DNA of 64,000 nucleotides from an uncultured Rickettsiales bacterium (GTDB lineage Bacteria; Pseudomonadota; Alphaproteobacteria; Rickettsiales; CANDYO01): NCBI GenBank assembly GCA_964356785.1, contig CAYHIS010000001.1, positions 16,998 to 80,997 of the forward strand, read 5' to 3'. Shown piece by piece: positions 57,351 to 64,000 of this stretch (position 1 is its first letter; each line of letters starts with the position of its first letter). The notes under the pieces were generated by a model. It saw only the letters and a program-made list of their open reading frames with translations, ran no database searches and was not told where the DNA came from. The position numbers and the translations under genes were made by a program.

Positions 57351-58213
57351 TGAAAACAAAAGGATTAGGGAGAGGACTCTCAGCTTTAATTGGTGAGAAT
57401 TTAGATAACAGCGAAGATGGGCAAATTTTACATCTGGAAACTTTTAAAATAATTCCTAATCCAAATCAACCAAGGAGTATTTTTAATAAGGACTCATTAG
57501 ACGAACTTACTAGCTCTATAGCCAAGAACGGGGTTTTACAACCCATATTGGTTAGGGAGGTTGAAGATAAGAAATATCAAATTATTGCTGGAGAAAGAAG
57601 ATGGAGGGCCACTATGAGCCTTGGTCTCGCTCATATCCCAGCCATTGTTAAAGATCTTTCCAATAATGAGGTACTTGAGATTGCTTTAATTGAGAATATT
57701 CAAAGAGAAAATCTAACCCCTATAGAGGAAGCAGAGAGCTATAAAAAACTAATTGATCAACATAGATATACGCAAGATAAGTTAGCTGAAATAGTTAGCA
57801 AAAGTAGAAGCCATATTGCAAATTTATTACGGCTGCTTCATTTGCCTAATAGTGTAAAAAAACTCTTAAATGATGGCTTGATTAGTGTAGGCCATGCAAA
57901 ATTACTTGTTAATAAAAATAATGCAGAGGAGCTAGCTTCCATCATTGCTAAGAATAATTTAAACGTTAGAGAAACAGAAGATTTGATCCGCCAGAATAAT
58001 GGCTTTCCTCCATCTAATAAAGGGGGCTCGCAATATGTTGAGTATAAAAAGAACGAAGATATTAAAGCTTTAGAAGATTATATGAGTCAAGCATTAGGAA
58101 TGATGGTTAGAATAGATCCTATATCAAATGAAGGAAATAAAATTACTATTATTTGTCGTAATTTAACAGAATTGGATAATGTATCACAAAAACTAAGTGG
58201 CGCAATAATATAA
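57350..58213 (+). CDS. parB: Chromosome partitioning protein ParB (Spo0J)
   Basis: MKTKGLGRGLSALI...NPNQPR...LQPILVR...IIAGERRWRA...IENIQRENL. The track ORF starts earlier (57290), but the ATG at 57350 overlaps the parA stop (TAATG). Confidence 0.95.
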   Translation: MKTKGLGRGLSALIGENLDNSEDGQILHLETFKIIPNPNQPRSIFNKDSLDELTSSIAKNGVLQPILVREVEDKKYQIIAGERRWRATMSLGLAHIPAIVKDLSNNEVLEIALIENIQRENLTPIEEAESYKKLIDQHRYTQDKLAEIVSKSRSHIANLLRLLHLPNSVKKLLNDGLISVGHAKLLVNKNNAEELASIIAKNNLNVRETEDLIRQNNGFPPSNKGGSQYVEYKKNEDIKALEDYMSQALGMMVRIDPISNEGNKITIICRNLTELDNVSQKLSGAII

Positions 58214-58283
58214 TAGCGTTTTTTACTTTGACCTAATTGTAAAATTCATTATTCTTGAGGTGAATTTAATATAAGAAGAGAAA

Positions 58284-59396
58284 ATGGGAATCTTATCAAC
58301 TGTTTTAATATTTTTAATAGTATTAACAATATTAGTTTTTGTCCATGAATATGGACATTTCTGGGTAGCAAGACGATTTGGAGTTAAAGTTGAAACATTT
58401 TCCATAGGCTTTGGAAAAGAGCTATTTGGTTTTAATGATAAGTATGAAACAAGGTGGAAATTTTGCGCTATTCCTCTTGGTGGATATGTAAAAATGTTTG
58501 GCGATAAAGATGCATCAAGCAAGGTAGACAACAGATTAACCGCTAGCTTCACTGAAGACGAAAAAAAACAAGCCTTTCATTTTAAACCCCTTCATAAAAA
58601 AGCCGCTATAGTAGCCGCCGGCCCATTAGCAAATTATATTTTTGCAGCAATAATTTTTACAGGATTCTTTAATTTTTATGGAACTCCATTAATAGAGCCT
58701 ATAATCACTAAAATATTAGAAAATAGCCCAGCGGATAAAGCCGGCATTGAGATTGGTGATGAAATAATAAAAATCGATAATAATAATATCCAAAGCTTTA
58801 GTGATATTGTAAAAATAATGAGCCTCAATACTGGAGACGGCGTTGAGATAACAGTAAAAAGACGAGAGCAAGTGGTTACAAAGCAGGTTCATCCTAATGT
58901 ATTTATATCTAAAGATATTTTGGGCAATGAAATAAAAAGCTATAAACTTGGAATAATGACTGAACAAGTTAGTATGGCTAAGCTCAGTTTTTTTGAGTCC
59001 ATCAAACACTCAGTAGTAGAATGTTATAATTTATCTTATATGTCATTAAAAGCAGTTGGGCAAATAATTACAGGAAAAAGAAGCGTAAAAGAATTAGGTG
59101 GACCTATTAAAATTGCTCAATATACTGCAAAATCAGCAGAGTCTGGAGTTGCGTCTCTTTTATGGTTTATTGCTTTGCTTTCTGTTAATTTAGGATTTAT
59201 GAACTTGCTTCCCATACCTGTTTTAGATGGTGGACATTTACTCATTTATTTTGCAGAATTTTGTTTTGGAAAGAGAATAGCAAATAAAATTCAGGATTAT
59301 GGATTCCAAATAGGGTTAATTCTATTGCTAATATTAACATTGTTTGTTACATATAATGATATCTCAAGCCTAAACATTTTTAAAAATAAAGGGTAA
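58284..59396 (+). CDS. rseP: RIP zinc metalloprotease RseP
   Basis: 370 aa. HEYGHFWVARRFGV, a PDZ region (AGIEIGDEIIKIDN), and NLLPIPVLDGGHL. Confidence 0.9.
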   Translation: MGILSTVLIFLIVLTILVFVHEYGHFWVARRFGVKVETFSIGFGKELFGFNDKYETRWKFCAIPLGGYVKMFGDKDASSKVDNRLTASFTEDEKKQAFHFKPLHKKAAIVAAGPLANYIFAAIIFTGFFNFYGTPLIEPIITKILENSPADKAGIEIGDEIIKIDNNNIQSFSDIVKIMSLNTGDGVEITVKRREQVVTKQVHPNVFISKDILGNEIKSYKLGIMTEQVSMAKLSFFESIKHSVVECYNLSYMSLKAVGQIITGKRSVKELGGPIKIAQYTAKSAESGVASLLWFIALLSVNLGFMNLLPIPVLDGGHLLIYFAEFCFGKRIANKIQDYGFQIGLILLLILTLFVTYNDISSLNIFKNKG

Positions 59397-59398
59397 TT

Positions 59399-61672
59399 AT
59401 GTTTCTTCGTTCTATTTTTCTTGTATTTATTTTAATGATATCCTTTTCTGTTAATGCTCAGGTAGTTAGCAAAATAATTATCAAAGGCAACGAAAGAATT
59501 GAAGATGATACGATTAAATCTTATTTAGACATTAGTCCAAGGGTAAATTTTGATAATGAGAATATAGATCAATCAGTAAAAAAACTCTTTGGAAGTAATC
59601 TTTTCCAGAAAATAGACATATCTGTTAAAGATTCTATCCTTTATGTTTCTGTAGTAGAAAACCCAAAAATTAACTTAGTAGTGTTTGAAGGAAATGCAAA
59701 AATAAAAGATAAAGACTTGGAAGCTGAAATTTCCTTGAAGCCGCGCGCTATTTATACTAAAGCTAAAGTTCAAGATGACGTAAATAGAATTATAGATCTT
59801 TATAACAAAAATGGTCGTTTTTCAGCGAAGGTGACTCCACAAATAATTACTCTGCCACAAAATAGAGTAAATTTGATATATAAAATTCAAGAAGGACCAG
59901 TCGCTAAAATTGGTAAGATTGTATTTGTAGGTAATAATGCTTTTAGCGATGCTAGGCTGCAATCTGAAATATCCAGTAAAGAAACCCGTTGGTACTATTT
60001 TTTATCAAGCAGTGATCAGTTTAATCCATCTAGACTAGAATATGATAGAGAGCTTTTAAATCGCTTCTATAATTCTAGAGGCTACGCAGATTTTAAAATT
60101 ATTTCTATCATTACAAATATTTCAGATAATAGAGAAAGATTCTATATAACTATAACAATTGATGAAGGCGTAAAATATAAATTTGGAGAAATTAATCTTG
60201 AATCACAACTGCAAAGTACAAATTTATCTTTAAAAGAATTAAGAAGCTTAATTACTACAAAATCAAATGATGTTTATGATGTAAGAAAAGTTGAGAAATC
60301 TATTGATTTAATGATCAAGCAGATTAATGATTTAGGCTTTGCATTTGTTGATATAAGCCCAAGAGCTGTCTTAAATAGTGAAAAGAAACAAGTGGATATT
60401 ACTTATTTTATTGGTGAAAGCAGTAGAGTATACATTAATCATATTAATATCAAAGGAAACTTAAGAACAAAAGATAAAGTAATTAGAAGAGAGTTTCGCT
60501 TAGATGAGGGCGATCCATATAATGCCACTAAAATTACTAGATCAGAAAAACGTATTAATGATTTGGATTATTTTGAACCCACCTCAATTGAGACCGTTAG
60601 AACCGATCAAACTAATAAAGTGGATCTAAATGTTAATGTCCAAGAAAAATCTACTTCCAGCTTGAATTTCGCCGGAGGCTATTCTACATCTGATGGACCA
60701 CTAGGAAGAATTGGATTTAATGAAACAAACTTACTTGGAAATGGGCAATATCTATCACTTTCACTTGCAAAAGCTAAAAAAAGCTTAGATGTAAATTTAG
60801 GATTTACGGAGCCATACATGTTTGGAAGACCATTATCTGGTGGATTTGATCTTTTTTCTAATAGAATGGATGGAAGTCAAAATCAATATAGACCATATGA
60901 TCAGAAAAGTCATGGATCTATTTTACGTGCGGGTTATAATTTAACAGAAGATTTAATTCATAGTTTTTATTATAAATTAGCTAGAGTTGATATTAGCAAT
61001 ATAGGTTCAAATGCCAGCGTTTACATAAAAGATCAAGAAGGAAAAAAAACCACTTCAATGATAGGTCATGCCTTATCTTATGATAGACGTGATAAGGTAG
61101 TTAATCCTACAGAAGGATATATTATTACTGTTAATCAAGAATTTGCAGGAGTTGGAGGATCAACAAAATTTCTAAGACATTCTGCAGTGGCCAGGAATTA
61201 TTACCCTATTATTAATGACGATGTTGTTTTAATGATGGGGGTTGACACAGGTATCATTCAAGGAATAGATGGTAAAAAAGTAAATATTTCAGATAGATTT
61301 AATCTTGGTGGAGCTGAAAGTCTAAGAGGATTTGACTCGGGAGGCGTTGGGCCTAGAGCTAAAGATCAGGATGCAGCGCTTGGGGGAGATATTCTTTACT
61401 CTGGGGTTGCGGAGTTAAAATTTCCATTGGGATTTGGTAAAGAAATAGGTCTTTTTGGATCTGCATTTGCAGATGCTGGTAGTTTATATAAACTTGATGT
61501 TGCAGATCAGAGTGGAATATGGGATAGTAATAAGCTACGCTCAGCTTATGGATTAGGTATAGGATTCACAACCCCTATGGGGCCAATTAGAGTTCACTAT
61601 GCCATACCAATGAGCAAAGCTAGCTTTGATAAAACAAAGAATTTCGACATTACATTTAGAACAGACTTTTAA
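59399..61672 (+). CDS. bamA: Outer membrane protein assembly factor BamA
   Basis: 757 aa. Signal peptide, five POTRA-like repeats (IIIKGNERIEDDTIKSYL, VVFEGNAKI, IVFVGNNAF, INIKGNLRTKDKVIRREF), and a C-terminal barrel ending ...FDITFRTDF. Confidence 0.95.
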   Translation: MFLRSIFLVFILMISFSVNAQVVSKIIIKGNERIEDDTIKSYLDISPRVNFDNENIDQSVKKLFGSNLFQKIDISVKDSILYVSVVENPKINLVVFEGNAKIKDKDLEAEISLKPRAIYTKAKVQDDVNRIIDLYNKNGRFSAKVTPQIITLPQNRVNLIYKIQEGPVAKIGKIVFVGNNAFSDARLQSEISSKETRWYYFLSSSDQFNPSRLEYDRELLNRFYNSRGYADFKIISIITNISDNRERFYITITIDEGVKYKFGEINLESQLQSTNLSLKELRSLITTKSNDVYDVRKVEKSIDLMIKQINDLGFAFVDISPRAVLNSEKKQVDITYFIGESSRVYINHINIKGNLRTKDKVIRREFRLDEGDPYNATKITRSEKRINDLDYFEPTSIETVRTDQTNKVDLNVNVQEKSTSSLNFAGGYSTSDGPLGRIGFNETNLLGNGQYLSLSLAKAKKSLDVNLGFTEPYMFGRPLSGGFDLFSNRMDGSQNQYRPYDQKSHGSILRAGYNLTEDLIHSFYYKLARVDISNIGSNASVYIKDQEGKKTTSMIGHALSYDRRDKVVNPTEGYIITVNQEFAGVGGSTKFLRHSAVARNYYPIINDDVVLMMGVDTGIIQGIDGKKVNISDRFNLGGAESLRGFDSGGVGPRAKDQDAALGGDILYSGVAELKFPLGFGKEIGLFGSAFADAGSLYKLDVADQSGIWDSNKLRSAYGLGIGFTTPMGPIRVHYAIPMSKASFDKTKNFDITFRTDF

Positions 61673-61684
61673 AAGGAGAATATT

Positions 61685-62224
61685 ATGTTAAAAAAGTTTC
61701 TTATAATCATTTCATTATTTATAAATACAGTAGCTTTGGCTGCAGATAATAACGTTGCAGTTTTAAATACTGATAGATTAAAAAATGATACTAAAGCAGG
61801 GCAATCAATTGCTAAGCAAGTGGAAGACCTACAAGCTAAATTTAGAGATAAAGTCTCAAAATTAACACAAGAATTTGATACTAAAAAGATTGAGTTAGAT
61901 AAAAACAAACCTATCTTAAGTAAAGAGGCTTTTGCAAAAAAAGAAGCTGAATTTAATAATAAAATGACTGAAGTTAGAAAAGATTTACAACAAGAGGCCA
62001 GTAAGATCGATCAGATGCAACAAATGGCTGTAGCTGATTTCAATACAATTGCACGCTCAGTTATTGATGATGTAGTAAAACAAGGTAAATATTCACATGT
62101 TTTTCCAGCTGAAGTTGTAATTTATGCAGATCCTAAATCAGATATTACGAGCCAAGTTATTGCTGGCGTTGATAAAAAGACAGACAGAATAGAGCTAAAA
62201 GAACCTGCTAAAGACAAAAAATAA
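61685..62224 (+). CDS. skp: Periplasmic chaperone Skp (OmpH)
   Basis: 179 aa. Signal peptide, coiled-coil Lys/Glu/Gln-rich body, and position directly after bamA. Confidence 0.8.
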   Translation: MLKKFLIIISLFINTVALAADNNVAVLNTDRLKNDTKAGQSIAKQVEDLQAKFRDKVSKLTQEFDTKKIELDKNKPILSKEAFAKKEAEFNNKMTEVRKDLQQEASKIDQMQQMAVADFNTIARSVIDDVVKQGKYSHVFPAEVVIYADPKSDITSQVIAGVDKKTDRIELKEPAKDKK

Positions 62225-62256
62225 GCTTAGATCCTTTGTTAGGATTGGTATGAGAT

Positions 62257-63204
62257 ATGAAAAACTGGTACTATTTAAAGCAAGGTGACATTATAGATAT
62301 AGTAGCCACAACCCCTGGGGTTAAAGTGGCTACTTTAAAACGAGATTTGACTCATTTATCTTCTTTTGTAAGAAATTTAGGTTTAGAACCTAGAATAAAT
62401 TTCGAATCTATTTTAAAAGGAGCTAATTTTTTTGAAGAAGCCGCTCAAGCAGTAAGACAAGAAGAATTAATTAAAGCTCTAAAAGCTAAAGATTCAAAAG
62501 CCATATGGTTTATTCGTGGCGGTTATGGAACAGCGCAATTATTAAATCAGCTTAGTTCAGTTTCTCCTCCAGAAAATCCTAAATTATTAATAGGCTATAG
62601 CGATATAAATTCTTTGCATCTTTGGGTACAAAAATTCTGGAAATGGACTGGTTTGCATGCAAGAGTGCTTTACGAATATCTGGAGACCCAAGACATAAAT
62701 GATATAGAATCTTTAAAAAATATTATTTTTGGAAAACAAGAATCTATATCATTTGATAATTTGGTTCCTTTAAACAAACATGCTCAAGTTAATCAAGTTA
62801 TAGATTCTTTTATTATTGGTGGAACAATGCAAGTTCTGCAATCAGGTATAGGACTTTCTTGGCAGTTCGATGCAAAGGATAAAATATTATTTTTTGAAGA
62901 GATTTTTGATAGAGGTGTAAGACTTGAAAGAACTTTAAATCATTTTAAAGAATTAGGTTTGTTAAAAGATGCGCGAGCTATAATTTTTGGTGATATTATT
63001 TGCGGCAAGGAGATAGATGGAAGCGAAACTTGCAACCAAGCCATTAAGCATTTTGCAAGTAAGATAGATATTCCAGCTCTGCATATTCCGGGAATTGGAC
63101 ATGGCGCTTTAAATCATCCACTTCCATTAAATACCCCTTCAAAACTAATCTTAAAGCAAAATTCTGCTAAGCTTATTTGCTCAAATGGAGGGAAAAATGT
63201 TTAA
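62257..63204 (+). CDS. ldcA: LD-carboxypeptidase (peptidase S66, muramoyltetrapeptide carboxypeptidase-like)
   Basis: 315 aa. IWFIRGGYGTAQLL, the nucleophile context LIGYSDINSL, EEIFDRG, and GHG near the C-terminus. Confidence 0.8.
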   Translation: MKNWYYLKQGDIIDIVATTPGVKVATLKRDLTHLSSFVRNLGLEPRINFESILKGANFFEEAAQAVRQEELIKALKAKDSKAIWFIRGGYGTAQLLNQLSSVSPPENPKLLIGYSDINSLHLWVQKFWKWTGLHARVLYEYLETQDINDIESLKNIIFGKQESISFDNLVPLNKHAQVNQVIDSFIIGGTMQVLQSGIGLSWQFDAKDKILFFEEIFDRGVRLERTLNHFKELGLLKDARAIIFGDIICGKEIDGSETCNQAIKHFASKIDIPALHIPGIGHGALNHPLPLNTPSKLILKQNSAKLICSNGGKNV

Positions 63205-64000
63205 AATAAAATGGATCTATGTATCGTTAGTTCTTTTAGTCTGTTTATTGATACTAAAAATATATTATCATAACACAGATGTTTCCTTATATAAGGTAAA
63301 AAATTCTAATAGAACTTATAGTGACCAAAAGATTTGGCTAATCTCTTTTGCAAGCGAAGGAATACATATACAAAATCAAAATAATTTAATGATGTCCGCT
63401 TCTATATATCAAGCTTTTGATGTGATTATACCTTATCAACCTCACCATATTGAACCTGAATATTATAAAAAACATAAGGAAATTCTCTCACAAAAAAGAG
63501 GAGCTGGCTATTGGCTCTGGAAACCATATTTTATCCTAAAAACTTTAAATCTAATGGCCGAGAATGATATTTTATTATATTTAGACAGTTCATCAGTTTT
63601 AAGAGATGGTATATATGGATTGCTTGAGCTTGGAAAAAAGCATGATATTACAGTTTTCCCGAATTTTCATAATAATAGAGGCTATGTAAAAAGAACTATT
63701 ATTAAAAAAATAACTAATGATGATTCTTCGATCCTTGATAAAGTACAAATAGAAGGAAATATTCTTTTACTCAAGAATACAAAATCTACTAGAGAAATAG
63801 TTAAAGAGTGGCTTGAATATAGTGAAGATCCAGCACTGCTTACAGATGTTTCGAGTGAAGAAGAGTTTTTAGACTTTAAAGATAATAGACATGATCAAGC
63901 AATTCTCAGTGTTATGTACCATAAGAATCCTAAAGGATTCAACCTTTATGAGGCGTACCCCGCGAGAATGGAGTCAGTTATTGTAACTAGAAGAAAAAAT
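63197..64000 (+). CDS. Second member of the 'GAGYWLWKPY' membrane-anchored putative sugar-transferase family; partial, runs off the window
   Basis: Hand translation from ATG 63197 (overlapping the ldcA stop) gives MFKIKWIYVSLVLLVCLLILKIYY...KIWLISFASEGIHIQNQNNLMMSAS...PYQPHHIEPEYYKKHKEILSQKRGAGYWLWKPYFILKTLNLM...LLYLDSSS...NRHDQAILSV. It is colinear with 15767..16711 and absent from the ORF track. Confidence 0.7.
   Translation, partial: MFKIKWIYVSLVLLVCLLILKIYYHNTDVSLYKVKNSNRTYSDQKIWLISFASEGIHIQNQNNLMMSASIYQAFDVIIPYQPHHIEPEYYKKHKEILSQKRGAGYWLWKPYFILKTLNLMAENDILLYLDSSSVLRDGIYGLLELGKKHDITVFPNFHNNRGYVKRTIIKKITNDDSSILDKVQIEGNILLLKNTKSTREIVKEWLEYSEDPALLTDVSSEEEFLDFKDNRHDQAILSVMYHKNPKGFNLYEAYPARMESVIVTRRKN

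Noticed and set aside
1-64000. Searched intergenic gaps for tRNA, rRNA, tmRNA, SRP RNA, prophage or integrase genes, secretion-system genes and recognisable defence systems
   Set aside because: I saw no cloverleaf-capable GC-rich segments, no conserved RNA boxes, and no integrase, cas or restriction genes. The only candidate mobile trace is the weak IS30-like scar reported in the findings.

Overview
AT-rich window with alphaproteobacterial, Rickettsiales-type content. Evidence for that placement: a mitochondrial-type nuoGHIJKLMN block, split pntAA/pntAB/pntB, mnmG-rsmG-parA-parB, rseP-bamA-skp, and palindromic elements that sit in frame inside genes. I cannot name the organism from sequence alone. 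About two thirds of the window is conserved housekeeping: ribosomal proteins L21/L27/L28/L31, nusB, murD, ubiX, dusB, hemW, kdsD, an LptC/LptA-like protein, prfB with its programmed +1 frameshift, glpX and ldcA. The accessory content is the interesting part. (1) Ten glycosyltransferase-type genes lie in three loci (1-3947, 12590-17651, 63197-end). They include an alpha-1,2-fucosyltransferase (GT11), an alpha-1,3-fucosyltransferase (GT10), a tandem GT2 duplicate, three tandem TcdB/Och1-type DXD transferases and an unassigned 'GAGYWLWKPY' family. All ten carry an N-terminal signal-anchor, as eukaryotic Golgi enzymes do. (2) One glycosyltransferase block is tightly packed behind an orphan UrtA-type binding protein and a methyl-accepting chemoreceptor. 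(3) Two families of palindromic repeats are present, one sharing the core CTCATGTAC-N4/5-TGTAC. Copies are inserted in frame in nuoL and murD, abut a truncated bioB, and fill convergent intergenic gaps. (4) Other items: a protein with one J-domain and two J-like domains, a class-II Fic protein next to DinJ/YafQ, and a pseudo-receiver GGEEF cyclase. I recognised no rRNA, tRNA or CRISPR. All calls rest on hand translation and motif recognition; no database search was possible.
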